In this document: positions 39,374 to 48,454 of the stretch, piece after piece
How the letters are laid out: the number at the start of each line of letters is the position of its first letter
Numbering within the stretch: position 1 is the first letter of the stretch
Notes under the pieces: model-generated
What the model was told of the DNA's origin: nothing
The model's input: only the letters and a program-made list of their open reading frames with translations
Database searches by the model: none
Position numbers and translations under genes: made by a program
NCBI GenBank assembly: GCA_022426155.1
Contig: JAKMEE010000047.1
Span: 5,968-69,967, forward strand
Origin: Poseidonia sp.
GTDB lineage: Archaea; Thermoplasmatota; Poseidoniia; Poseidoniales; Poseidoniaceae
Direction of reading: 5' to 3'
DNA length: 64,000 nucleotides

Positions 39374-39793
39374 TCACCAATCTGAGGTGAATGCATTCGG
39401 GTTAGCGATTTTTTCGGCTTCACGGGTCCAAATGGAGGAAGCGTCCGTGCTGTATATGTCGGCGAAAGGATCGATTTCTTCTTCGTGAAGATTACGTTGC
39501 ATGTAAGCCTCGACACGCTCGCGAAGGTCCGGTTTGAATTTCCAATAGTGGATGCGCCATTCACGGCCATCCCATAACGTGGTTTCTTCGGATTCAGTGG
39601 TTAACAAATCATAATCTTGGAACATGTAAAACAGGTTGCGGTCAGTGGGTTCAAGGGCATTGTCAATAATGCGGTTGTAAAACCCGAAGAATCCTAGGGC
39701 GTGCTCAGCCATACCTTGTGCAACCTCGGCATCCATCTCCAAGTCGATGTGTTGTTGAATAGCTTTCGTCAATTCTGGTAATGTCATTCCCAT
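39374..39793 (-). CDS. Hypothetical soluble protein (139 aa)
   Basis: Clean ORF with protein-like composition and no motif I can name. It ends ...NPNAFTSDW. It is divergent from the agmatinase gene across a palindromic AATATATATT TATA-like element (~39846-39856). Confidence 0.65.
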   Translation of the reverse strand: MGMTLPELTKAIQQHIDLEMDAEVAQGMAEHALGFFGFYNRIIDNALEPTDRNLFYMFQDYDLLTTESEETTLWDGREWRIHYWKFKPDLRERVEAYMQRNLHEEEIDPFADIYSTDASSIWTREAEKIANPNAFTSDW

Positions 39794-39976
39794 AAGTTCA
39801 CCCCGGCGAGAGGAGGCGTGCGGCGCGCAAACCTCTTCCCGTTGCTAATATATATTGTACCCCGACCCATATTAAATGTTCCATCGTTCTTGATGAAAAG
39901 TGCTCTTCAAGCCTCATTCTTCACTCGTCTTTTACATCGGCAACATCATGAAGGGGTCGTCTCACGCTTTCATTTC

Positions 39977-41002
39977 ATGGAGGAAGAGTTCGTTGAAGGC
40001 AACTTTCTCGGTCTCCCACAACGCGAGGGTGACGTTGACGTCGCTATCGTCCCATTAGCCTACGAATTAACCACCTCCTACGGGACAGGGACTGCTCAAG
40101 GTCCAAGCGCCTGTATCGATGCGAGCGCTCAAGTGGAATTGTACGACTCCGTGCTCGGGCAGGATCTCCCAGCGGGCTTGGTGATTGCCACCGTACCTGA
40201 ATGGGAAGGGACAAGACCGACTCTTCTTGGGCAATTGGATGAACTTGCCGACCATGCATCCGCATGGTACAACGGAGCGTGTTTCCCATTGTTCCTTGGA
40301 GGTGAACACGGCATTTTACCCCCTGTGATTCGTTCTTCCATCTCCCACCCCTTGGTGGATGGAAATTTGGACCGCTTGACAGTAGTGCAAATCGACGCGC
40401 ATGCGGACTTACGAGCTTCGCTGGACGGTGAACCGTTTTCACACGCTTGTGCAGCAGCCAGAACGCTTGATACTGGAATCGGAAAGCTGCTTCAAGTTGG
40501 CATCCGAGCCTATTCCAGAGAAGAAGCGGCTTTGATTTCGAGCGATACTCGAATCACCACTTATTTCGCAAAGGACACTCAACATCCGCATTCGGGGACG
40601 AAGCATTGGGATGCATGGCTGAACACTTTGAGGTCGCTCAAAGGGCCTGTTCACCTCACGCTAGATTTGGATGGCTTGGATGGCGCTTTAGTTCCAGCAA
40701 CAGGAACGCCGGTCCCAGGGGGACTTTCGTTTTGGCAAGTTATTGAAACCATTGAAACTCTGTTCCAGGTGCCTGAAGTGTCAGTGATCGGAGCCGATGT
40801 AAATGAAATTGGATGTCAAGAAGATACCCCGCTCACCCAATTCACCGCTGCCCAATTGGCAACAAAAATTGTGGCATGTCATGCCCTTGCCCGAAAAGAA
40901 CAACGCTGGACACCTACCCCTCACACCTCATCGCATGACGAATCTTCGACGTACTTCCGTGCAATGAAAGAGCCTCAGCATTCGGTCGGAGATCATGCAT
41001 AA
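39977..41002 (+). CDS. speB: Agmatinase/ureohydrolase family protein
   Basis: Mn-binding motifs GGEHGI, QIDAHADLR and LTLDLDGLDGALVPATGTPVPGGLS. Start chosen at MEEEFVEGNF. Alternative upstream starts exist at 39893 and 39818. Confidence 0.88.
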   Translation: MEEEFVEGNFLGLPQREGDVDVAIVPLAYELTTSYGTGTAQGPSACIDASAQVELYDSVLGQDLPAGLVIATVPEWEGTRPTLLGQLDELADHASAWYNGACFPLFLGGEHGILPPVIRSSISHPLVDGNLDRLTVVQIDAHADLRASLDGEPFSHACAAARTLDTGIGKLLQVGIRAYSREEAALISSDTRITTYFAKDTQHPHSGTKHWDAWLNTLRSLKGPVHLTLDLDGLDGALVPATGTPVPGGLSFWQVIETIETLFQVPEVSVIGADVNEIGCQEDTPLTQFTAAQLATKIVACHALARKEQRWTPTPHTSSHDESSTYFRAMKEPQHSVGDHA

Positions 41003-41020
41003 ATTCAAGGTGGACGCAAG

Positions 41021-41416
41021 ATGGATGAATCAGGTGTACACGAAGCTCATGGCGCCCATGTTTTCATGGACTATACTGGCTTTCAAAGCGGTTCATCTCA
41101 TGATGGTACATGGATGCTCCATCATTTACAACAAGCGGTTTCCGCCAGCAATTTGAGAGAAGTCCACGCTCATGTTGAGCCCTTTGACGGAAGCGTTTCA
41201 CCTCCTGGTTTTGCCGCAGTGGTTTTGATCGATGAAAGCCATGTGACGGCACATTGCTATTCTGACCGAGGATGGCTTGCTATCGATTGCTTCACGTGTG
41301 GGGGGACCGATCCAAACACACTCGCTGATGCTCTACATTCTGAACTTTTGGCAGCGATTCCGACATTGAAATTAATGCAACGAACGCATGTGCCTCGTTT
41401 CCTGCACGAGGGGTGA
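41021..41416 (+). CDS. Pyruvoyl-dependent decarboxylase of the SpeH/AdoMetDC class (AdoMet or arginine decarboxylase)
   Basis: 131 aa. Self-processing site context IDESHVTAHCYSDRGWLAIDCFTCGG. N-terminal GAHVFMDYTGF. AAGGTGGA upstream. Confidence 0.8.
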   Translation: MDESGVHEAHGAHVFMDYTGFQSGSSHDGTWMLHHLQQAVSASNLREVHAHVEPFDGSVSPPGFAAVVLIDESHVTAHCYSDRGWLAIDCFTCGGTDPNTLADALHSELLAAIPTLKLMQRTHVPRFLHEG

Positions 41417-41420
41417 TTGG

Positions 41421-42377
41421 ATGGGGATGCGCACATTTATCGACGAACATTACCGCCATTTCAATGCGGGAACAGTTCAACGAACTGCGGAGTCCCTCAC
41501 CGCATTTCTCGAAGGTGAAGGCAAACTATTCTTGACCCTCGCAGGTGCAATGAGTACTGCTGAAATAGGACGCAGTCTCGCTGAAATGATACGTCAAGGA
41601 CATGTTGCTGCGATTTCATGCACAGGGGCCAATTTGGAAGAAGACGTCTTTAATTTGGTTGCAAGGTCACACTACAGAAGCGTGCCAAACCATGAAGATA
41701 TGACCCCTCAAGACGACCAAGATTTGTACCAAGCTCATTTCAACCGGGTGACAGATACTTGCATTCCCGAGGAAGAAGCCATTCGCAGGATCGAAGGTTT
41801 TCTTTTGCATGCCTGGCAGAAAGCCACGAAAAACAACGAAGTCCATGCCCCGCATGAATACCTGTATAATCTCTTGAATTCAGGGGACCTCGAAGTCAAT
41901 TATGATGGCGACCCAGCCCATTCTTGGCTTTTGGCTGCTGCAGAACGAAACCTCCCACTCTTCGTTCCTGGCTGGGAAGATTCAACTCTGGGTAATATCT
42001 TCGCCGCCCGTTCCATTGAATCGTTGGTGGATGCTTCGGTTGTGGAAAGCGGTATTGCGACCATGCAACGCCTCGTCTCCTTCTATCGATGTAATACGGC
42101 TCCATTGGCATTCTTCCAAGTTGGTGGTGGGATTGCTGGGGATTTCCCCATTTGTGTCGTACCGCTCCTCCATCAAGACTTGAAACAGTCTGTTCCTCTT
42201 TGGTCTTGGTTTGCTCAAATCACAGATGCAACGGCATCCTATGGCGGATATTCAGGGGCACCTCCTAACGAAAAGATCAGTTGGGGGAAATTGGCCACCG
42301 ACACCCCAAGGTTCAACATTCAAAGTGATGCAACAGTTATTCTTCCACTCATCTTTGCTTACATCCTCGACATGTGA
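41421..42377 (+). CDS. dys: Deoxyhypusine synthase
   Basis: Start at MGMRTFIDEHY, with GAGGGGTGAT upstream. DHS-like LAGAMSTAEIGRSLAEMIRQGHVAAISCTGANLEEDVFN and C-terminal SWGK. Confidence 0.88.
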   Translation: MGMRTFIDEHYRHFNAGTVQRTAESLTAFLEGEGKLFLTLAGAMSTAEIGRSLAEMIRQGHVAAISCTGANLEEDVFNLVARSHYRSVPNHEDMTPQDDQDLYQAHFNRVTDTCIPEEEAIRRIEGFLLHAWQKATKNNEVHAPHEYLYNLLNSGDLEVNYDGDPAHSWLLAAAERNLPLFVPGWEDSTLGNIFAARSIESLVDASVVESGIATMQRLVSFYRCNTAPLAFFQVGGGIAGDFPICVVPLLHQDLKQSVPLWSWFAQITDATASYGGYSGAPPNEKISWGKLATDTPRFNIQSDATVILPLIFAYILDM

Positions 42378-42427
42378 GTGAGCCTAGGACCACAACTCTT
42401 GAAGAGGAGCGGCATCAACAATCAATC

Positions 42428-45400
42428 ATGAAGCATCGCCGCCGACCAGTTGTTTTGGGTATCTTGCTGATGCTGGTGCTGTCTTCAACACCGATTCAAG
42501 CCAGTTCCCATGATGAAGTGAGTCTCACCATAAGCACACACTGGATGATCGATGGAAATGGTAAACTTTTGAACGCCTACATGCTAACGTTTGCAGACAA
42601 TGGGACCTATGTGTTTGATACAACCATCAACCACGAACGAAATGGGACTTCTCTGGATGTGGCCACATCGGTTGAATGGGGCTTTGATGATGGCCATCGA
42701 ACGGCGCTCTTGGAACTGAACACAACTTTGGTTTGGGCCGATGAGTTGAGTGTGTCCGTCACCGTCACCGATCACAACGGTGAATCCTTACCATCCCCCA
42801 TCACCGTTGAGCGTTCATTCATGGTTGGGACTTGGAATCAACCCATGGCAGATCATGAGGTGATGATGTCAACTTCTTGGAGTCTAGATCAGTCCTATGC
42901 CAACGAAGAAGGAGATCAATTTTTCATGCTGGAATTCGACGGCCAGGGTTGGCAGCAACGCATCGGAGATACCTTGGAATCGTGGGAATTAGGGAACGGT
43001 ACCTTCCGTCAAATCGAAAATGCAGGAGCGACAGAAACCGACCTTTCCTTGACCTTGACAAAACTCTGGAAAAACGAAACCTTGGTTGCAGGGATTCTTA
43101 CCGACCAATTATTTGACGCTCGTGGGCACGGTTTGCTAAATTTGACCACCAATGAAGACGGTCTTATCACCGTGATTCAAGCAAATGTTTCGCAGGCCAT
43201 GCTCAATCGCTCGATGTCTGGAGATCATATCGAAGAACGATTGTCACTTGAGGCAACGGGCATGCTCAATTTGAGTGATCAAGAGGAGGAGAATTCTACC
43301 TTGAACATCGACGGTGAACTCTCTGTCTTTTTCTTGGAATATCATGATGTGGATGGTGTTCGCGTGTTCCAGCACAGTCAATTCGAGGCAATGGCAGACT
43401 TTGTTCTCATTGAAGATGGTACGCGCTTGGATGTATCTTTGGATGGTTTTTCTTCGCTAGAGCGCTGGGAAGATGGGGTACGTGTTGAACAATTGGAAGA
43501 GTTGTATGGCTCAGGAACGTTTGGATTTGAAGATCAAGACGATAACGCATCATTGCAGATTAACGGGTCGATTCTGGATTTGCACACCAAGGTCGTGAAC
43601 GGTAGTACGATGATCGACGACCTCCATGTTGATGGCGTCATGACCGGAGATGTGCAAGGCACTTTTGGTGTGTTGAGAGGTATCGAAATTACAGGCGAGC
43701 AGGCCAATGCCACCGGTGAAATCTTTTTGGTCAATGTCATTCATCAAGACTCTTGGTTCAACATCACAGGCGTCAATGGAGGGAATTTCTTTGATGGTGC
43801 TGGCGTGGGTGCCACACACAATGAGACATGGGAGTATCAAACTGTTAACGCTGATTGGGATAACCGTACGGTCCGTTTGGTCTGGAGGGAAACCACAGCA
43901 GGCGACCAATCTGAAGGCGATGAATTACCAGAACGTAGTCCAATCCAAAGCAACGCCACGGCCCCCGAGGCTGAAGATTCACTCGGCGATTTGACCGTTG
44001 GTCGAGAGACTGGCTTGATGCCGATTCCCATGGAATCAATGGATAGCATGGTGTTGAACGGACAGGAAGGCCTGCAACTCACTGTTGTGGCTGGCGACGT
44101 CTCAATCGAGCCTCGTGATGGTCATAATTTCACCGTCATTGAATGGGTTGGGACTTATGGCGATTCATCGGGAAATGCTATCGGCTCAATCGTAGTTGAA
44201 GGGCCACTCATGGGTTTGGTATCAAGCGTTGAACGGTCATTTTCAATTCCTTATGGAGACTCAGATGAAGTTGCAGAATTCATGGAAACTCAACTTCTTG
44301 AACGTGTGATTTCACCTGATATTGTTACGGCCGATGAAAACTCACCCCCGACAGTGGTTTCTCTCTCAATCAAAGAAGGTATTGTCATTGGAGAAAGCGG
44401 GAGCACAGCCCATTTGATTGCACATGTCGAGGATTCAGAATGGAACGTTGAATCGGTTTTGGTTGATTTGTCACCCCTCGGCGGGGGTATCTTGGCCTTG
44501 AACGATCGAGGCTTGGACGGTGATTCAACCATCGGAGATGACGACTACACAGCTTCATTCTTCGTCCCTGGTCTCGAAGTCGGCTTGATCCAAATCAACC
44601 TCACTGCAAGCGATAGTTTTGGTGCTATCACAACGGCTTCAAGTGATGTTGAGGTGTTGAATTATGCTCCGCGCCTGACACGTGTAGAAATAGCACCTTC
44701 CACCCTCATGAGAGGGCAGTCACTGGTCATTAATGCAGAGGCCTACGACGGGCACGGAGTGGCTTCAATGCAACTCGATTTGCGAGAGTATGGTTCTCTC
44801 TTGTACGACCTTGAACAAAGTGAAGGAACCTGGGCTGGTATGTTTGCCATGCCTGACGGGATGACGCCGGGCATCCAATCATTGCTGTTGATTTCGACTG
44901 ACGACCGTGGAGCAACGTCTCAGCATCGTGTTTGGACCCCAGTAGATGGGGTTGTTGGGCATCCTGTATTTGGGCCACATTATGTCGATACATCCTCAAT
45001 TATTCCAATCGAAGTGACAATTTTGAATGACCGTCCGACTGTGATGGCACCCAATCTCAACATCGAGAAAGATGGAATAAGTCAAGTCTCTTACAGCGTT
45101 CAAGTCAACGATCCAGATGGTCTGGAACGAGTTCAAATTGACATGGGTGTATATTCTGCCATTGGTGAAACCTCATGGGTCATGATGCATGATGATGGTA
45201 TCAATGGTGGCGATCAAGTCGCTGGTGACGGCAATTTTACTGCAATGTTGTCCATTCGTACTGGAACTCCTATTGGCAATCACGAAGTGCAAATACGAGC
45301 GCTTGACATCTTTGGTGAGTTGAACACTTCGAGCGCCGTTGTTACTCTTGCTGTTCCGACGACGGACTCTGGTTCAACCAGCGGATTGAGCAACGCCGTT

Positions 45401-45511
45401 CTCACTGTTCTTGGTGGTGGTGTGCTGCTTGCTGCTGGAATTGTCCTATTTTTCATGGCCAGAGGCCGAGATGGTGAGGATGGAGAGGACGACCGCTTTG
45501 GCATGCAGTGA
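42428..45511 (+). CDS. Large secreted, C-terminally membrane-anchored surface protein with cadherin/Ig-like repeats
   Basis: Signal peptide MKHRRRPVVLGILLMLVLSSTPIQA at 42428. The track ORF begins at a GTG at 42374 that overlaps the dys stop. There are many N-x-S/T sequons. Three C-terminal modules are delimited by ENSPP / LNYAP / LNDRP. C-terminal TM VLTVLGGGVLLAAGIVLFFM, then a charged tail. Confidence 0.8.
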   Translation: MKHRRRPVVLGILLMLVLSSTPIQASSHDEVSLTISTHWMIDGNGKLLNAYMLTFADNGTYVFDTTINHERNGTSLDVATSVEWGFDDGHRTALLELNTTLVWADELSVSVTVTDHNGESLPSPITVERSFMVGTWNQPMADHEVMMSTSWSLDQSYANEEGDQFFMLEFDGQGWQQRIGDTLESWELGNGTFRQIENAGATETDLSLTLTKLWKNETLVAGILTDQLFDARGHGLLNLTTNEDGLITVIQANVSQAMLNRSMSGDHIEERLSLEATGMLNLSDQEEENSTLNIDGELSVFFLEYHDVDGVRVFQHSQFEAMADFVLIEDGTRLDVSLDGFSSLERWEDGVRVEQLEELYGSGTFGFEDQDDNASLQINGSILDLHTKVVNGSTMIDDLHVDGVMTGDVQGTFGVLRGIEITGEQANATGEIFLVNVIHQDSWFNITGVNGGNFFDGAGVGATHNETWEYQTVNADWDNRTVRLVWRETTAGDQSEGDELPERSPIQSNATAPEAEDSLGDLTVGRETGLMPIPMESMDSMVLNGQEGLQLTVVAGDVSIEPRDGHNFTVIEWVGTYGDSSGNAIGSIVVEGPLMGLVSSVERSFSIPYGDSDEVAEFMETQLLERVISPDIVTADENSPPTVVSLSIKEGIVIGESGSTAHLIAHVEDSEWNVESVLVDLSPLGGGILALNDRGLDGDSTIGDDDYTASFFVPGLEVGLIQINLTASDSFGAITTASSDVEVLNYAPRLTRVEIAPSTLMRGQSLVINAEAYDGHGVASMQLDLREYGSLLYDLEQSEGTWAGMFAMPDGMTPGIQSLLLISTDDRGATSQHRVWTPVDGVVGHPVFGPHYVDTSSIIPIEVTILNDRPTVMAPNLNIEKDGISQVSYSVQVNDPDGLERVQIDMGVYSAIGETSWVMMHDDGINGGDQVAGDGNFTAMLSIRTGTPIGNHEVQIRALDIFGELNTSSAVVTLAVPTTDSGSTSGLSNAVLTVLGGGVLLAAGIVLFFMARGRDGEDGEDDRFGMQ

Positions 45512-45616
45512 CCTGCCTTCTGAGCAATGAGCTTCTTTTCCACAACGATGTGGGGCTGATAAACGTCCATCCATTCCTCAGGGAACTCATGAAGCAAAGA
45601 CATAGGCCGACAACCG

Positions 45617-45622
45617 TTTAAA
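45617..45622 (+). promoter_or_regulatory. TATA box for tRNA-Gly
   Basis: TTTAAA centred about 30 nt upstream of the mature tRNA 5' end (45650), which is classic archaeal promoter spacing. Confidence 0.45.
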
Positions 45623-45649
45623 CCCCTGCTTGATGGGCAGAACACACGA

Positions 45650-45721
45650 GCGAGAGTAGTGTAGTGGTTATCACCGGGCGTTGCCAACGCCTGAACCCGG
45701 GTTCGAGTCCCGGCTCTCGCA
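45650..45721 (+). tRNA. tRNA-Gly (anticodon GCC)
   Basis: Hand-folded cloverleaf. Acceptor GCGAGAG/CTCTCGC. D arm GTGT-AGTGGTTA-TCAC. Anticodon stem GGGCG/CGCCT with loop TTGCCAA. T arm CCGGG-TTCGAGT-CCCGG. Discriminator A. No encoded CCA and no intron. Confidence 0.93.
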
Positions 45722-45816
45722 TATCAGCCATTTTTCCGAAATATTTCGTTGAGAGGTGGCGAGTTTGGCACACCAGAATTAAGTGATGCGCGTGACCTGC
45801 TCAGGTTGGGATAGCC

Positions 45817-46140
45817 ATGACTGACCGCCGCACCATCTTCATCGGAAAAAAACCACTTCACGCCTATGTTCGAGCCGTTGTCATGGCAATGGAAGGAGGC
45901 GAACGCTCCATTCAACTGGTGGCTCGGGGCGCAACCATCTCTCGCGCAGTCGATGTTGCTGAAGTCTGTCGCAGGCGAAGTGGACACATCGCCCAAAGTT
46001 TGCCTGAAACCGTGAACATTGAAGACCTCCAATGCAGCTCTGAACAGATCACTAACGATGAGGGAACGGTTCGCACTGTGAGCGTTCTTAAAATTAACAT
46101 CGAAGGAATCGGTGATGTCCCTCAATCGGAAGAAGAATGA
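45817..46140 (+). CDS. albA: DNA/RNA-binding protein Alba
   Basis: 107 aa. IFIGKKPLHAYVRAVVMAMEGGERSIQLVARGATISRAVDVAEV matches the Alba/Sac10b core. Confidence 0.9.
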   Translation: MTDRRTIFIGKKPLHAYVRAVVMAMEGGERSIQLVARGATISRAVDVAEVCRRRSGHIAQSLPETVNIEDLQCSSEQITNDEGTVRTVSVLKINIEGIGDVPQSEEE

Positions 46141-46499
46141 GTTGCTAGAAGCATCAAACGTCGTTGAATTTCTTGCGCTGTGGATTGGTAAACCTCGTAT
46201 TCCTGGCCTACAGGGTCCTCAAGCCCCCAATCCTCATCGATTCGCATGGCAGGACAATTGACCCCGCACCCCATTGAAATCACCATGTCGTAGTCTTCAG
46301 CATTGAAATTGTCCACGCTTTTTGGAGTCATGCCCTCGGTCTGGATGTTTCGTGATTGCAACAATTCAAGTGCATGAGCCGCTACATCATCAGCGGGGTG
46401 GGTCCCTGCAGAATCCGCTTCAAACCCCATGGCCTTGGCTAAACCTTCTGCCATCTGTGACCGACAAGAGTTCCCTACGCAAACAAACAAGAGTTTCAT
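46122..46499 (-). CDS. arsC: Arsenate reductase / low-molecular-weight phosphotyrosine phosphatase family
   Basis: 125 aa. CX5R P-loop FVCVGNSCRSQMAEG. Second Cys pair in SMGCGVNCP. The 3' end overlaps alba by 19 nt (convergent). Confidence 0.85.
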   Translation of the reverse strand: MKLLFVCVGNSCRSQMAEGLAKAMGFEADSAGTHPADDVAAHALELLQSRNIQTEGMTPKSVDNFNAEDYDMVISMGCGVNCPAMRIDEDWGLEDPVGQEYEVYQSTAQEIQRRLMLLATHSSSD

Positions 46500-46575
46500 G
46501 ACGATGTTTCAACCCCCATGCTCTATGAACTCTTTCTATGGTTCTTCTGTGCACCCATTAACATAGGGGGGTTGG

Positions 46576-46956
46576 GTGGAAGTTGACATGAGAAGAGGGC
46601 TGATTGGGGCATTGGGACTCTTTTTCCTTCTCTTCCTTCTTCACATTGTTGCAGCATCTCAGAATTGGGATGTTTTTTTCCGGCTCATCGCGCTCAGCAT
46701 TACGGTGATCACCGTGATGTTTGGACCCTTTTGTGTCCTCGTTGAGCGCTCATCGCCGTTGAATTCTCGACGCTCGCTCAACCGAGTGGCCTCTCTGGTT
46801 GCCTTACCTCTCGTTCTTGGCCTTGCATGGGCCTATGGCGGCATGACATGGGAAACAACCCCTGTTGCTGTCTTGTTGATTTTCAGCATGCTTTCCCACG
46901 GAGCATTGGAGGTCTTACTTTCAACCAACATTCGCCACGCCATGCGCAGTGATTGA
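46576..46956 (+). CDS. Hypothetical membrane protein (about 4 TM)
   Basis: 126 aa, hydrophobic throughout. GTG start; an ATG lies at 46588. Confidence 0.55.
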   Translation: MEVDMRRGLIGALGLFFLLFLLHIVAASQNWDVFFRLIALSITVITVMFGPFCVLVERSSPLNSRRSLNRVASLVALPLVLGLAWAYGGMTWETTPVAVLLIFSMLSHGALEVLLSTNIRHAMRSD

Positions 46957-46995
46957 TGTGGGTGGGTTGAAGTAGCCCGATTCGGTGGAAATCTC

Positions 46996-48009
46996 ATGGC
47001 GGATTCCCCTGTCACCATCCACGAGCCAAACGAGAGCGGCGAAGCACAACCTGCTGGGCCTTCTGTTCAAGAACAAAAGCAGATGGAGCAAGCCTATGCT
47101 CAGATGAAGCGAAAGATGACAATGGAAGAGATTGGGCGCAAAATCAAGCACAAGATCATGGTTCTTTCAGGAAAGGGCGGCGTTGGTAAATCCACGGTTT
47201 CCACTGGCCTCGCACTTTCGTTTGCTCAACAAGGACACAAAGTAGGCATTCTTGATATTGACATTACAGGTCCTAATGTGCCCAAGATGATGGGGTTGGA
47301 CGGACAACGCCTTCACGTTGAAAACAAACGTATTCACCCAGCCCAAGGCCACTTGGGAGTGAAAGTCATTAGCATGGCTTTTCTTCTTGAGGATGAAGAC
47401 ACTCCTGTTGTTTGGCGTGGCCCAATCAAACTCGGGGCCATCCAGCAATTCATTGGTGATGTGGAATGGGGCGAATTGGATTATCTGGTGATTGACTTCC
47501 CTCCAGGGACATCAGATGAGCCTCTTACCGTTGCACAATCTCTCCCCAACATCGATGGCATGGTGATTGTGACCACCCCTCAACAAGTGGCGTTATTGGA
47601 TAGTCGTAAATCCATCACATTTTCAGAATCACTCAAAGTTCCAGTGCTTGGTGTTGTTGAGAACATGAGCGGGTACACCATCCAAGGTTCAACTGCACCC
47701 AACACCGAGGTCGAGATTGCAGCGCCAGGTGGTAAGACCAAGCGTGTGACTTCTACCTCTGATGGGAGTTTTGCAGTGACACTTGACATTTTCAAAGAGG
47801 GTGGAGGCAAAACAACGGCTGAAGAATTTGGGGTTCCTTACCTCGGTGCTCTTCCTTTCGACCCGGGCTTTGTGCGCGGCGGAGATGACGGCGTTCACAG
47901 AATTGTTTCAGAGCCAGAAGGCGCATCAGCCATCGCATTTGCAAAGGTTGTTCGTGCGATTCAAGACCAGTTGACCGATGGATTCGATGGCGGATTGGAA
48001 ATTATTTGA
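46996..48009 (+). CDS. Mrp/NBP35/ApbC-family P-loop ATPase, atypical (cysteine-free, with insertion)
   Basis: 337 aa. Deviant Walker A SGKGGVGKST. Also DYLVIDFPPGTSDE and VVENMSG. The canonical CXXC after ENMS is absent, and the whole protein contains no Cys. It is replaced by a ~40-aa segment, YTIQGSTAPNTEVEIAAPGGKTKRVTSTSDGSFAVTLD. Confidence 0.88.
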   Translation: MADSPVTIHEPNESGEAQPAGPSVQEQKQMEQAYAQMKRKMTMEEIGRKIKHKIMVLSGKGGVGKSTVSTGLALSFAQQGHKVGILDIDITGPNVPKMMGLDGQRLHVENKRIHPAQGHLGVKVISMAFLLEDEDTPVVWRGPIKLGAIQQFIGDVEWGELDYLVIDFPPGTSDEPLTVAQSLPNIDGMVIVTTPQQVALLDSRKSITFSESLKVPVLGVVENMSGYTIQGSTAPNTEVEIAAPGGKTKRVTSTSDGSFAVTLDIFKEGGGKTTAEEFGVPYLGALPFDPGFVRGGDDGVHRIVSEPEGASAIAFAKVVRAIQDQLTDGFDGGLEII

Positions 48010-48018
48010 GGTGAAATT

Positions 48019-48372
48019 GTGTCTCAATCACTTCCAGCTCTCAAGAAATTAGAACGCAAGGATACGAGCATGGAACTCACTTACGAAGACGGAGAACAAT
48101 ACACCGTCGCTTACGACGATTTGCGCCATGCTTGCCCTTGCGCCAAATGTTCACCGCATCGTAACGACGATGACAGCAGTCGAATTTTGCGACGTCAAGT
48201 TGAAGCCCTTCCCGCAGAGAAACCCACGGTTAGGCAAGTTGGGAAATACGCCCTTACCTTTGAATGGCAGCAAGGTTGCTCGAGTGGTATTTTTCGCTAT
48301 GAACGCATTTACGACCTTGCCCACCGCCGTGATCCAGACAGAGGAAAACCTTACGTCCACGGTGCATGGTGA
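48019..48372 (+). CDS. DUF971 domain protein
   Basis: 117 aa. Signature YDDLRHACPCAKCSPH. GTG start with GAGGTGA 6 nt upstream. Mrp adjacency is typical for DUF971. Confidence 0.8.
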   Translation: MSQSLPALKKLERKDTSMELTYEDGEQYTVAYDDLRHACPCAKCSPHRNDDDSSRILRRQVEALPAEKPTVRQVGKYALTFEWQQGCSSGIFRYERIYDLAHRRDPDRGKPYVHGAW

Positions 48373-48454
48373 AACAGATGGGCCTTTGAACGTTGAATTA
48401 AACGACGCTTTCTTGAAGTTAAGCCGACCGCCAATAAGCAGGAGTTGATGTTAG

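Noticed and set aside
45650-46140. tRNA-Gly as a possible integration hotspot
   Set aside because: No integrase, no repeat of the tRNA 3' half and no compositional break downstream. The next genes are alba and arsC.
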